Below, piece by piece: positions 24,401 to 39,400 of a DNA stretch of 64,000 nt. How positions within the stretch are numbered: position 1 is the stretch's first letter; each line of letters opens with the position of its first letter. The notes under the pieces were generated by a model that saw only the letters and a program-made list of their open reading frames with translations, did no database searches and was not told where the DNA came from. The position numbers and the translations under genes were made by a program. The DNA comes from Balanoglossus misakiensis (lineage: Eukaryota; Animalia; Hemichordata): contig CM082576.2 in NCBI GenBank assembly GCA_040954595.2, forward strand, positions 16,911,028 to 16,975,027, written 5' to 3'.

Positions 24401-27400
24401 ACCTAAGACAGGCGACAGTCAGGCTTCACTTACAAAAAGTGGAAAATATAATAGCTACATTGGTAGGCTGAAAGCTTACTCCCTCAGACTGTTTGAGCCA
24501 ATGACGGGTAAGACCGCTTATGAAGTGGTGACCTAAGACAGGCGACAGTCAGGCTTCACTTACAAAAAGTGGAAAATATAATAGCTACATTGGTAGGCTG
24601 AAAGCTTACTCCCTGAGACTGTTTGAGCCAATGACAGGTAAGACCACTTATGAAGTGGTGACCTAAGACAGGCGACAGTCAGGCTTCACTTACAAAAAGT
24701 GGAAAATATAATAGCTACATTGGTAGGCTGAAAGCTTACTCCCTGAGACTGTTTGAGCCAATGACGGGTAAGACCGATTATGAAGTGGTGACCTAAGACA
24801 GGCGACACTCAGGCTTCACTTACAAAAAGTGGAAAATATAATAGCTACATTGGTAGGCTGAAAGCTTACTCCCTGAGACTGTTTGAGCCAATGACGGGTA
24901 AGACCGCTTATGAAGTGGTGGCCTAAGACAGGTGACACTCAGGCTTCACTTACAAAAAGAGGAAAATATAATAGCTACATTGGTAGGCTGAAAGCTTACT
25001 TCCTGAGACTGTTTGAGCCAATGACGGGTAAGACCGCTTATGAAGTGGTGACCTAAGACAGGCGACAGTCAGGCTTCACTTACAAAAAGTGGAAAATATA
25101 ATAGCTACATTGGTAGGCTGAAAGCTTACTCCCTGAGACTGTTTGAGCCAATGACGGGTAAGACCGCTTATGAAGTGGTGACCTATGACAGGCGACAGTC
25201 AGGCTTCACTTACAAAAAGTGGAAAATATAATAGCTACATTGGTAGGCTGAAAGCTTACTTCCTGAGACTGTTTGAGCCAATGACGGGTAAGACCGCTTA
25301 TGAAGTGGTGACCTAAGACAGGCGACAGTCAGGCTTCACTTACAAAAAGTGGAAAATATAATAGCTACATTGGTAGGCTGAAAGCTTACTTCCTCAGACT
25401 GTTTGAGCCAATGACGGGTAAGACCGCTTTTGAAGTAGTGACCTAAGACAGGCGACAGTCAGGCTTCACTTACAAAAAGTGGAAAATATAATAGCTACAT
25501 TGGTAGGCTGAAAGCTTACTTCCTGAGACTGTTTGAGCCAATGACGGGTAAGACCGCTTATGAAGTGGTGACCTAAGACAGGCGACAGTCAGGCTTCACT
25601 TACAAAAAGTGGAAAATATAATAGCTACATTGGTAGGCTGAAAGCTTACTCCCTCAGACTGTTTGAGCCAATGACGGGTAAGACCACTTATGAAGTGGTG
25701 ACCTAAGACAGGCGACAGTCAGGCTTCACTTACAAAAAGTGGAAAATATAATAGCTACATTGGTAGGCTGAAAGCTTACTCCCTGAGACTGTTTGAGCCA
25801 ATGACGGGTAAGACCGCTTATGAAGTGGTGACCTAAGACAGGCGACAGTCAGGCTTCACTTACAAAAAGTGGAAAATATAATAGCTACATTGGTAGGCTG
25901 ATAGCTTACTCCCTGAGACTGTTTGAGCCAATGACGGGTAAGACCGCTTATGAAGTGGTGACCTAAGACAGGCGACACTCAGGCTTCACTTACAAAGAGT
26001 GGAAAACATAATAGCTACAATGGTAGGCTGAAAGCTTACTCCCTGAGACTGTTTGAGCCAATGACGGGTAAGACCGCTTATGAAGTGGTGACCTAAGACA
26101 GGCGACAGTCAGGCTTCACTTACAAAAAGTGGAAAATATAATGGCTACATTGGTAGGCTGATAGCTTACTCCCTGAGACTGTTTGAGCCAATGACGGGTA
26201 AGACCGCTTATGAAGTGGTGACCTAAGACAGGCGACAGTCAGGCTTCACTTACAAAAAGTGGAAAATATAATAGCTACATTGGTAGGCTGAAAGCTTACT
26301 TCCTGAGACTGTTTGAGCCAATGACGGGTAAGACCGCTTATGAAGTGGTGACCTAAGACAGGCGACAGTCAGGCTTCACTTACAAAAAGTGGAAAATATA
26401 ATAGCTACATTGGTAGGCTGAAAGCTTACTTCCTCAGACTGTTTGAGCCAATGACGGGTAAGACCGCTTTTGAAGTGGTGACCTAAGACAGGCGACAGTC
26501 AGGCTTCACTTACAAAAAGTGGAAAATATAATAGCTACATTGGTAGGCTGAAAGCTTACTTCCTGAGACTGTTTGAGCCAATGACGGGTAAGACCGCTTA
26601 TGAAGTGGTGACCTAAGACAGGCGACAGTCAGGCTTCACTTACAAAAAGTGGAAAATATAATAGCTACATTGGTAGGCTGAAAGCTTACTCCCTCAGACT
26701 GTTTGAGCCAATGACGGGTAAGACCACTTATGAAGTGGTGACCTAAGACAGGCGACAGTTAGGCTTCACTTACAAAAAGTGGAAAATATAATAGCTACAT
26801 TGGTAGGCTGAAAGCTTACTCCCTGAGACTGTTTGAGCCAATGACGGGTAAGACCGCTTATGAAATGGTGACCTAAGACAGGGGACAGTCAGGCTTCACT
26901 AACAAAAAGTGGAAAATATAATAGCTACATTGGTAGGCTGAAAGCTTACTCCCTGAGACTGTTTGAGCCAATGACGGGTAAGACCGCTTATGAAGTGGTG
27001 ACCTAAGACAGGCGACAGTCAGGCTTCACTTACAAAAAGTGGAAAATATAATAGCTACATTGGTAGGCTGAAAGCTTACTCCCTGAGACTGTTTGAGCCA
27101 ATGACGGGTAAGACCGCTTATGAAGTGGTGACCTAAGACAGGCGACAGTCAGGCTTCACTTACAAAAAGTGGAAAATATAATAGCTACATTGGTAGGCTG
27201 ATAGCTTACTCCCTGAGACTGTTTGAGCCAATGACGGGTAAGACCGCTTATGAAGTGGTGACCTAAGACAGGCGACACTCAGGCTTCCCTTACAAACAGT
27301 GGAAAATATAATAGCTACATTGGTAGGCTGAAAGCTTACTCCCTGAGACTGTTTGAGCCAATGACGGGTAAGACCGCTTATGAAGTGGTGACCTAAGACA

Positions 27401-30400
27401 GGCGACAGTCAGGCTTCACTTACAAAAAGTGGAAAATATAATAGCTACATTGGTTGGCTGATAGCTTACTCCCTGAGACTGTTTGAGCCAATGACGGGTA
27501 AGACCGCTTATGAAGTGGTGACCTAAGACAGGCGACACTTAGGCTTCACTTACAAAGAGTGGAAAATATAATAGCTACATTGGTAGGCTGAAAGCTTACT
27601 CCCTGAGACTGTTTGAGCCAATGACGGGTAAGACCGCTTATGAAGTGGTGACCTAAGACAGGCGACAGTCAGGCTTCACTTACAAAAAGTGGAAAATATA
27701 ATGGCTACATTGGTAGGCTGATAGCTTACTCCCTGAGACTGTTTGAGCCAATGACGGGTAAGACCGCTTATGAAGTGGTGACCTAAGACAGGCGACAGTC
27801 AGGCTTCACTTACAAAAAGTGGAAAATATAATAGCTACATTGGTAGGCTGAAAGCTTACTTCCTGAGACTGTTTGAGCCAATGACGGGTAAGACCGCTTA
27901 TGAAGTGGTGACCTAAGACAGGCGACAGTCAGGCTTCACTTACAAAAAGTGGAAAATATAATAGCTACATTGGTAGGCTGAAAGCTTACTTCCTCAGACT
28001 GTTTGAGCCAATGACGGGTAAGACCGCTTTTGAAGTGGTGACCTAAGACAGGCGACAGTCAGGCTTCACTTACAAAAAGTGGAAAATATAATAGCTACAT
28101 TGGTAGGCTGAAAGCTTACTTCCTGAGACTGTTTGAGCCAATGACGGGTAAGACCGCTTATGAAGTGGTGACCTAAGACAGGCGACAGTCAGGCTTCACT
28201 TACAAAAAGTGGAAAATATAATAGCTACATTGGTAGGCTGAAAGCTTACTCCCTCAGACTGTTTGAGCCAATGACGGGTAAGACCACTTATGAAGTGGTG
28301 ACCTAAGACAGGCGACAGTTAGGCTTCACTTACAAAAAGTGGAAAATATAATAGCTACATTGGTAGGCTGAAAGCTTACTCCCTGAGACTGTTTGAGCCA
28401 ATGACGGGTAAGACCGCTTATGAAATGGTGACCTAAGACAGGGGACAGTCAGGCTTCACTAACAAAAAGTGGAAAATATAATAGCTACATTGGTAGGCTG
28501 AAAGCTTACTCCCTGAGACTGTTTGAGCCAATGACGGGTAAGACCGCTTATGAAGTGGTGACCTAAGACAGGCGACAGTCAGGCTTCACTTACAAAAAGT
28601 GGAAAATATAATAGCTACATTGGTAGGCTGAAAGCTTACTCCCTGAGACTGTTTGAGCCAATGACGGGTAAGACCGCTTATGAAGTGGTGACCTAAGACA
28701 GGCGACAGTCAGGCTTCACTTACAAAAAGTGGAAAATATAATAGCTACATTGGTAGGCTGATAGCTTACTCCCTGAGACTGTTTGAGCCAATGACGGGTA
28801 AGACCGCTTATGAAGTGGTGACCTAAGACAGGCGACACTCAGGCTTCCCTTACAAACAGTGGAAAATATAATAGCTACATTGGTAGGCTGAAAGCTTACT
28901 CCCTGAGACTGTTTGAGCCAATGACGGGTAAGACCGCTTATGAAGTGGTGACCTAAGACAGGCGACAGTCAGGCTTCACTTACAAAAAGTGGAAAATATA
29001 ATAGCTACATTGGTTGGCTGATAGCTTACTCCCTGAGACTGTTTGAGCCAATGACGGGTAAGACCGCTTATGAAGTGGTGACCTAAGACAGGCGACACTT
29101 AGGCTTCACTTACAAAGAGTGGAAAATATAATAGCTACATTGGTAGGCTGAAAGCTTACTCCCTGAGACTGTTTGAGCCAATGACGGGTAAGACCGCTTA
29201 TGAAGTGGTGACCTAAGACAGGCGACAGTCAGGCTTCACTTACAAAGAGTGGAAAATATAATAGCTACATTGGTAGGCTGAAAGCTTACTCCCTGAGACT
29301 GTTTGAGCCAATGACGGGTAAGACCGCTTATGAAGTGGTGACCTAAGACAGGCGACACTCAGGCTTCACTTACAAAAAGTGGAAAATATAATAGCTACAT
29401 TGGTAGGCTGAAAGCTTACTCCCTGAGACTGTTTGAGCCAATGACGGGTAAGACCGCTTATGAAGTGGTGACCTAAGACAGGCGACAGTCAGGCTTCACT
29501 TACAAAAAGTGGAAAATATAATAGCTACATTGGTTGGCTGATAGCTTACTCCCTGAGACTGTTTGAGACAATGACGGGTAAGACCGCTTATGAAGTGGTG
29601 ACCTAAGACAGGCGACACTTAGGCTTCACTTACAAAGAGTGGAAAATATAATAGCTACATTGGTAGGCTGAAAGCTTACTCCCTGAGACTGTTTGAGCCA
29701 ATGACGGGTAAGACCGCTTATGAAGTGGTGACCTAAGACAGGCGACAGTCAGGCTTCACTTACAAAGAGTGGAAAATATAATAGCTACATTGGTAGGCTG
29801 AAAGCTTACTCCCTGAGACTGTTTGAGCCAATGACGGGTAAGACCGCTTATGAAGTGGTGACCTAAGACAGGCGACACTCAGGCTTCACTTACAAAAAGT
29901 GGAAAATATAATAGCTACATTGGTTGGCTGATAGCTTACTCCCTGAGACTGTTTGAGCCAATGACGGGTAAGACCGCTTATGAAGTGGTGACCTAAGACA
30001 GGCGACACTCAGGCTTCACTTACAAAGAGTGGAAAATATAATAGCTACATTGGTAGGCTGAAAGCTTACTCCCTGAGACTGTTTGAGCCAATGACGGGTA
30101 AGACCGCTTATGAAGTGGTGACCTAAGACAGGCGACAGTCAGGCTTCACTTACAAAAAGTGGAAAATATAATAGCTACATTGGTAGGCTGAAAGCTTACT
30201 CCCTGAGACTGTTTGAGCCAATGACGGGTAAGACCGCTTATGAAGTGGTGACCTAAGACTGGCGACAGTCAGGCTTCACTTACAAAAAGTGGAAAATATA
30301 ATAGCTACATTGGTAGGCTGATAGCTTACTCCCTGAGACTGTTTGAGCCAATGACGGGTAAGACCGCTTATGAAGTGGTGACGTAAGACAGGCGACAGTC

Positions 30401-33400
30401 AGGCTTCACTTACAAAAAGTGGAAAATATAATAGCTACATTGGTAGGCTGATAGCTTACTCCCTGAGACTGTTTGAGCCAATGACGGGTAAGACCGCTTA
30501 TGAAGTGGTGACGTAAGACAGGCGACAGTCAGGCTTCACTTACAAAAAGTGGAAAATATAATAGCTACATTGGTAGGCTGAAAGCTTACTCCCTGAGACT
30601 GTTTGAGCCAATGACGGGTAAGACCGCTTATGAAGTGGTGACCTAAGACAGGCGACACTGAGGCTTCACTTACAAAAAGTGGAAAATATAATAGCTACAT
30701 TGCTAGGCTGAAAGCTTACTCCCTGAGACTGTTTGAGCCAATGACGGGTAAGACCGCTTATGAAGTGGTGACCTAAGACAGGCGACAGTCAGGCTTCACT
30801 TACAAAAAGTGGAAAATATAATAGCTACATTGGTAGGCTGAAAGCTTACTTCCTCAGACTGTTTGAGCCAATGACGGGTAAGACCGCTTTTGAAGTGGTG
30901 ACCTAAGACAGGCGACAGTCAGGCTTCACTTACAAAAAGTGGAAAATATAATAGCTACATTGGTAGGCTGAAAGCTTACTCCCTAAGACTGTTTGAGCCA
31001 ATGACGGGTAAGACCGCTTATGAAGTGGTGACCTAAGACAGGCGACAGTCAGGCTTCACTTACAAAAAATGGAAAATATAATAGCTACATTGGTAGGCTG
31101 AAAGCTTACTCCCTGAGACTGTTTGAGCCAATGACGGGTAAGACCGCTTATGAAGTGGTGACCTAAGACAGGCGACACTCAGGCTTCACTTACAAAAAGT
31201 GGAAAATATAATAGCTACATTGCTAGGCTGAAAGCTTACTCCCTGAGACTGTTTGAGCCAATGACGGGTAAGACCGCTTATGAAGTGGTGACCTAAGACA
31301 GGCGACAGTCAGGCTTCACTTACAAAAAATGGAAAATATAATAGCTACATTGGTAGGCTGAAAGCTTACTTCCTGAGGCTGTTTGAGCCAATGACGGGTA
31401 AGACCGCTTATGAAGTGGTGACCTAAGACAGGCGACAGTCAGGCTTCACTTACAAAAAGTGGAAAATATAATAGCTACATTGGTAGGCTGAAAGCTTACT
31501 CCCTAAGACTGTTTGAGCCAATGACGGGTAAGACCGCTTATGAAGTGGTGACCTAAGACAGGCGACAGTCAGGCTTCACTTACAAAAAATGGAAATATAA
31601 TAGCTACATTGGTAGGCTGAAAGCTTACTCCCTGAGACTGTTTGAGCCAATGACGGGTAAGACCGCTTATGAAGTGGTGACCTAAGACAGGCGACAGTCA
31701 GGCTTCACTTACAAAAAGTGGAAAATATAATAGCTACATTGGTAGGCTGAAAGCTTACTTCCTCAGACTGTTTGAGCCAATGACGGGTAAGACCGCTTAT
31801 GAAGTGGTGACCTAAGACAGGCGACAGTCAGGCTTCACTTACAAAAAGTGGAAACTATAATAGCTACATTGGTAGGCTAAAAGCTTACTTCCTCAGACTG
31901 TTTGAGCCAATGACGGGTAAGACCGCTTATGAAGTGGTGACCTAAGACAGGCGACAGTCAGGCTTCACTTACAAAAAGTGGAAAATATAATAGCTACATT
32001 GGTAGGCTGATAGCTTACTCCCTGAGACTGTTTGAGCCAATGACGGGTAAGACCGCTTATGAAGTGGTGACGTAAGACAGGCGAAAGTCAGGCTTCACTT
32101 ACAAAAAGTGGAAAATATAATAGCTACATTGGTAGGCTGAAAGCTTACTCCCTGAGACTGTTTGAGCCAATGACGGGTAAGACCGCTTATGAAGTGGTGA
32201 CCTAAGACAGGCGACACTCAGGCTTCACTTACAAAAAGTGGAAAATATAATAGCTACATTGCTAGGCTGAAAGCTTACTCCCTGAGACTGTTTGAGCCAA
32301 TGACGGGTAAGACCGCTTATGAAGTGGTGACCTAAGACAGGCGACAGTCAGGCTTCACTTACAAAAAGTGGAAAATATAATAGCTACATTGGTAGGCTGA
32401 TAGCTTACTCCCTGAGACTGTTTGAGCCAATGACGGGTAAGACCGCTTATGAAGTGGTGACGTAAGACAGGCGACAGTCAGGCTTCACTTACAAAAAGTG
32501 GAAAATATAATAGCTACATTGGTAGGCTGAAAGCTTACTCCCTGAGACTGTTTGAGCCAATGACGGGTAAGACCGCTTATGAAGTGGTGACCTAAGACAG
32601 GCGACACTGAGGCTTCACTTACAAAAAGTGGAAAATATAATAGCTACATTGCTAGGCTGAAAGCTTACTCCCTGAGACTGTTTGAGCCAATGACGGGTAA
32701 GACCGCTTATGAAGTGGTGACCTAAGACAGGCGACAGTCAGGCTTCACTTACAAAAAGTGGAAAATATAATAGCTACATTGGTAGGCTGAAAGCTTACTT
32801 CCTCAGACTGTTTGAGCCAATGACGGGTAAGACCGCTTTTGAAGTGGTGACCTAAGACAGGCGACAGTCAGGCTTCACTTACAAAAAGTGGAAAATATAA
32901 TAGCTACATTGGTAGGCTGAAAGCTTACTCCCTAAGACTGTTTGAGCCAATGACGGGTAAGACCGCTTATGAAGTGGTGACCTAAGACAGGCGACAGTCA
33001 GGCTTCACTTACAAAAAATGGAAAATATAATAGCTACATTGGTAGGCTGAAAGCTTACTCCCTGAGACTGTTTGAGCCAATGACGGGTAAGACCGCTTAT
33101 GAAGTGGTGACCTAAGACAGGCGACAGTCAGGCTTCACTTACAAAAAGTGGATAATATAATAGCTACATTGGTAGGCTGAAAGCTTACTCCCTGAGACTG
33201 TTTGAGCCAATGACGGGTAAGACCGCTTCTGAATGGTGACCAAAGACAGGCGACAGTCAGGCTTCACTTACAAAAAGTGGAAAATATAATAGCTACATTG
33301 GTAGGCTGAAAGCTTACTCCCTCAGACTGTTTGAGCCAATGACGGGTAAGACCGCTTATGAAGTGGTGACCTAAGACAGGCGACAGTCAGGCTTCACTTA

Positions 33401-36400
33401 CAAAAAGTGGAAAATATAATAGCTACATTGGTAGGCTGAAAGCTTACTCCCTAAGACAGTTTGAGCCAATGACGGGTAAGACCGCTTATGAAGTGGTGAC
33501 CTAAGACAGGCGACAGTCAGGCTTCACTTACAAAAAATGGAAAATATAATAGCTACATTGGTAGGCTGAAAGCTTACTCCCTGAGACTGTTTGAGCCAAT
33601 GACGGGTAAGACCGCTTATGAAGTGGTGACCTAAGACAGGCGACAGTCAGGCTTCACTTACAAAAAGTGGAAAATATAATAGCTACATTGGTAGGCTGAA
33701 AGCTTACTTCCTCAGACTGTTTGAGCCAATGACGGGTAAGACCGCTTATGAAGTGGTGACCTAAGACAGGCGACAGTCAGGCTTCACTTACAAAAAGTGG
33801 AAACTATAATAGCTACATTGGTAGGCTAAAAGCTTACTTCCTCAGACTGTTTGAGCCAATGACGGGTAAGACCGCTTATGAAGTGGTGACCTAAGACAGG
33901 CGACAGTCAGGCTTCACTTACAAAAAGTGGAAAATATAATAGCTACATTGGTAGGCTGATAGCTTACTCCCTGAGACTGTTTGAGCCAATGACGGGTAAG
34001 ACCGCTTATGAAGTGGTGACGTAAGACAGGCGAAAGTCAGGCTTCACTTACAAAAAGTGGAAAATATAATAGCTACATTGGTAGGCTGAAAGCTTACTCC
34101 CTGAGACTGTTTGAGCCAATGACGGGTAAGACCGCTTATGAAGTGGTGACCTAAGACAGGCGACACTCAGGCTTCACTTACAAAAAGTGGAAAATATAAT
34201 AGCTACATTGCTAGGCTGAAAGCTTACTCCCTGAGACTGTTTGAGCCAATGACGGGTAAGACCGCTTATGAAGTGGTGACCTAAGACAGGCGACAGTCAG
34301 GCTTCACTTACAAAAAGTGGAAAATATAATAGCTACATTGGTAGGCTGATAGCTTACTCCCTGAGACTGTTTGAGCCAATGACGGGTAAGACCGCTTATG
34401 AAGTGGTGACGTAAGACAGGCGACAGTCAGGCTTCACTTACAAAAAGTGGAAAATATAATAGCTACATTGGTAGGCTGAAAGCTTACTCCCTGAGACTGT
34501 TTGAGCCAATGACGGGTAAGACCGCTTATGAAGTGGTGACCTAAGACAGGCGACACTGAGGCTTCACTTACAAAAAGTGGAAAATATAATAGCTACATTG
34601 CTAGGCTGAAAGCTTACTCCCTGAGACTGTTTGAGCCAATGACGGGTAAGACCGCTTATGAAGTGGTGACCTAAGACAGGCGACAGTCAGGCTTCACTTA
34701 CAAAAAGTGGAAAATATAATAGCTACATTGGTAGGCTGAAAGCTTACTTCCTCAGACTGTTTGAGCCAATGACGGGTAAGACCGCTTTTGAAGTGGTGAC
34801 CTAAGACAGGCGACAGTCAGGCTTCACTTACAAAAAGTGGAAAATATAATAGCTACATTGGTAGGCTGAAAGCTTACTCCCTAAGACTGTTTGAGCCAAT
34901 GACGGGTAAGACCGCTTATGAAGTGGTGACCTAAGACAGGCGACAGTCAGGCTTCACTTACAAAAAATGGAAAATATAATAGCTACATTGGTAGGCTGAA
35001 AGCTTACTCCCTGAGACTGTTTGAGCCAATGACGGGTAAGACCGCTTATGAAGTGGTGACCTAAGACAGGCGACAGTCAGGCTTCACTTACAAAAAGTGG
35101 AAAATATAATAGCTACATTGGTAGGCTGAAAGCTTACTCCCTGAGACTGTTTGAGCCAATGACGGGTAAGACCGCATCTGAATGGTGACCAAAGACAGGC
35201 GACAGTCAGGCTTCACTTACAAAAAGTGGAAAATATAATAGCTACATTGGTAGGCTGAAAGCTTACTCCCTCAGACTGTTTGAGCCAATGACGGGTAAGA
35301 CCGCTTATGAAGTGGTGACCTAAGACAGGCGACAGTCAGGCTTCACTTACAAAAAGTGGAAAATATAATAGCTACATTGGTAGGCTGAAAGCTTACTCCC
35401 TAAGACAGTTTGAGCCAATGACGGGTAAGACCGCTTATGAAGTGGTGACCTAAGACAGGCGACAGTCAGGCTTCACTTACAAAAAATGGAAAATATAATA
35501 GCTACATTGGTAGGCTGAAAGCTTACTCCCTGAGACTGTTTGAGCCAATGACGGGTAAGACCGCTTATGAAGTGGTGACCTAAGACAGGCGACAGTCAGG
35601 CTTCACTTACAAAAAGTGGAAAATATAATAGCTACATTGGTAGGCTGAAAGCTTACTTCCTCAGACTGTTTGAGCCAATGACGGGTAAGACCGCTTATGA
35701 AGTGGTGACCTAAGACAGGCGACAGTCAGGCTTCACTTACAAAAAGTGGAAAATATAATAGCTACATTGGTAGGCTGAAAGCTTACTTCCTGAGGCTGTT
35801 TGAGCCAATGACGGGTAAGACCGCTTATGAAGTGGTGACCTAAGACAGGCGACACTCAGGCTTCACTTACAAAAAGTGGAAAATATAATAGCTACATTGG
35901 TAGGCTGAAAGCTTACTTCCTGAGGCTGTTTGAGCCAATGACGGGTAAGACCGCTTATGAAGTGGTGACCTAAGACAGGCGACACTCAGGCTTCACTTAC
36001 AAAAAGTGGAAAATATAATAGCTACATTGGTAGGCTGAAAGCTTACTTCCTCAGACTGTTTGAGCCAATGACGGGTAAGACCGCTTATGAAGTGGTGACC
36101 TAAGACAGGCGACACTCGGGCTTCACTTACAAAAAGTGGAAAATATAATAGCTACATTGGTAGTCTGAAAGCTTACTTCCTGAGACAGTTTGAGCCAATG
36201 ACGGGTAAGACTGCTTATGAAGTGGTGACCTAAGACAGGCGACAGTCAGGCTTCACTTACAAAAAGTGGAAAATATAATAGCTACATTGGTAGGCTGAAA
36301 GCTTACTTCCTCAGACTGTTTGAGCCAATGACGGGTAAGACCGCTTTTGAAGTGGTGACCTAAGACAGGCGACAGTCAGGCTTCACTTACAAAAAGTGGA

Positions 36401-39400
36401 AAATATAATAGCTACATTGGTAGGCTGAAAGCTTACTTCCTCAGACTGTTTGAGCCAATGACGGGTAAGACCGCTTTTGAAGTGGTGACCTAAGACAGGC
36501 GACAGTCAGGCTTCACTTACAAAAAGTGGAAAATATAATAGCTACATTGGTAGGCTGAAAGCTTACTCCCTGAGACTGTTTGAGCCAATGACGGGTAAGA
36601 CCACTTATGAAGTGGTGACCTAAGACAGGCGACAGTCAGGCTTCACTTACAAAAAGTGGAAAATATAATAGCTACATTGGTAGGCTGAAAGCTTACTCCC
36701 TGAGACAGTTTGAGCCAATGACGGGTAAGACTGCTTATGAAGTGGTGACCTAAGACAGGCGACAGTCAGGCTTCACTTACAAAAAGTGGAAAATATAATA
36801 GCTACATTGGTAGGCTGAAAGCTTACTTCCTCAGACTGTTTGAGCCAATGACGGGTAAGACCGCTTTTGAAGTGGTGACCTAAGACAGGCGACAGTCAGG
36901 CTTCACTTACAAAAAGTGGAAAATATAATAGCTACATTGGTAGGCTGAAAGCTTACTTCCTCAGACTGTTTGAGCCAATGACGGGTAAGACCGCTTTTGA
37001 AGTGGTGACCTAAGACAGGCGACAGTCAGGCTTCACTTACAAAAAGTGGAAAATATAATAGCTACATTGGTAGGCTGAAAGCTTACTCCCTGAGACTGTT
37101 TGAGCCAATGACGGGTAAGACCACTTATGAAGTGGTGACCTAAGACAGGCGACAGTCAGGCTTCACTTACAAAAAGTGGAAAATATAATAGCTACATTGG
37201 TAGGCTGAAAGCTTACTCCCTGAGACTGTTTGAGCCAATGATGGGTAAGACCGCTTATGAAGTGGTGACCTAAGACAGGCGACAGTCAGGCTTCACTTAC
37301 AAAAAGTGGAAAATATAATAGCTACATTGGTAGGCTGATAGCTTACTCCCTGAGACTGTTTGAGCCAATGACGGGTAAGACCGCTTATGAAGTGGTGACC
37401 TAAGACAGGCGACACTCAGGCTTCACTTACAAAAAGTGGAAAATATAATAGCTACATTGGAAGGCTGAAAGCTTACTCCCTGAGACTGTTTGAGCCAATG
37501 ACGGGTAAGACCGCTTATGAAGTGGTGACCTAAGACAGGCGACAGTCAGGCTTCACTTACAAAAAGTGGAAAATATAATAGCTACATTGGTTGGCTGATA
37601 GCTTACTCCCTGAGACTGTTTGAGCCAATGACGGGTAAGACCGCTTATGAAGTGGTGACCTAAGACAGGCGACAGTCAGGCTTCACTTACAAAAAGTGGA
37701 AAATATAATAGCTACATTGGTAGGCTGAAAGCTTACTCCCTGAGACTGTTTGAGCTAATGACGGGTAAGACCGCTTATGAAGTGGTGACCTAAGACAGGC
37801 GACAGTCAGGCTTCACTTACAAAAAGTGGAAAATATAATAGCTACATTGGTAGGCTGATAGCTTACTCCCTGAGACTGTTTGAGCCAATGACGGGTAAGA
37901 CCGCTTATGAAGTGGTGACCTAAGACAGGCGACAGTCAGGCTTCACTTACAAAAAGTGGAAAATATAACAGCTACATTGGTTGGCTGAAAGCTTACTTCC
38001 TGAGACTGTTTGAGCCAATGACGGGTAAGACCGCTTATGAAGTGGTGACCTAAGACAGGCGACACTCAGGCTTCACTTACAAAAAGTGGAAAATATAATA
38101 GCTACATTGGTAGGCTGAAAGCTTACTTCCTGAGACTGTTTGAGCCAATGACGGGTAAGACCGCTTTTGAAGTGGTGACCTAAGACAGGCGACAGTCAGG
38201 CTTCACTTACAAAAAGTGGAAAATATAATAGCTACATTGGTAGGCTGAAAGCTTACTTCCTCAGACTGTTTGAGCCAATGACGGGTAAGACCGCTTATGA
38301 AGTGGTGACCTAAGACAGGCGACAGTCAGGCTTCACTTACAAAAAGTGGAAAATATAATAGCTACATTGGTAGGCTGAAAGCTTACTCCCTGAGACTGTT
38401 TGAGCCAATGATGGGTAAGACCGCTTATGAAGTGGTGACCTAAGACAGGCGACAGTCAGGCTTCACTTACAAAAAGTGGAAAATATAATAGCTACATTGG
38501 TAGGCTGATAGCTTACTCCCTGAGACTGTTTGAGCCAATGACGGGTAAGACCGCTTATGAAGTGGTGACCTAAGACAGGCGACACTCAGGCTTCACTTAC
38601 AAAAAGTGGAAAATATAATAGCTACATTGGTAGGCTGAAAGCTTACTCCCTGAGACTGTTTGAGCCAATGACGGGTAAGACCGCTTATGAAGTGGTGACC
38701 TAAGACAGGCGACACTCAGGCTTCACTTACAAAAAGTGGAAAATATAATAGCTACACTGGTTGGCTGATAGCTTACTCCCTGGGACTGTTTGAGCCAATG
38801 ACGGGTAAGACCGCTTATGAAGTGGTGACCTAAGACAGGCGACAGTCAGGCTTCACTTACAAAAAGTGGAAAATATAAAAGCTACATTGGTAGGCTGAAA
38901 GCTTACTCCCTGAGACTGTTTGAGCCAATGACGGGTAAGACCGCTTATGAAGTGGTGACCTAAGACAGGCGACACTCAGGCTTCACTTACAAAAAGTGGA
39001 AAATATAATAGCTACATTGGTAGGCTGATAGCTAATACTCCCTGATACTGTTTGAGCCAATGACGGGTAAGACCGCTTATGAAGTGGTGACCTAAGACAG
39101 GCGACAGTCAGGCTTCACTGACAAAAAGTGGAAAATATAATAGCTACATTGGTAGGCTGAAAGCTTACTTCCTGAGACTGTTTGAGCCAATGACGAGAAA
39201 GACCGCTTATGAAGTGGTGACCTAAGACAGGCGACACTCAGGCTTCACTTACAAAAAGTGGAAAATATAATAGCTACATTGGTAGGCTGAAAGCTTACTT
39301 CCTGAGACTGTTTGAGCCAATGACGGGTAAGACCGCTTATGAAGTGGTGACCTAAGACAGGCGACACTCAGGCTTCACTTACAAAAAGTGGAAAATATAA

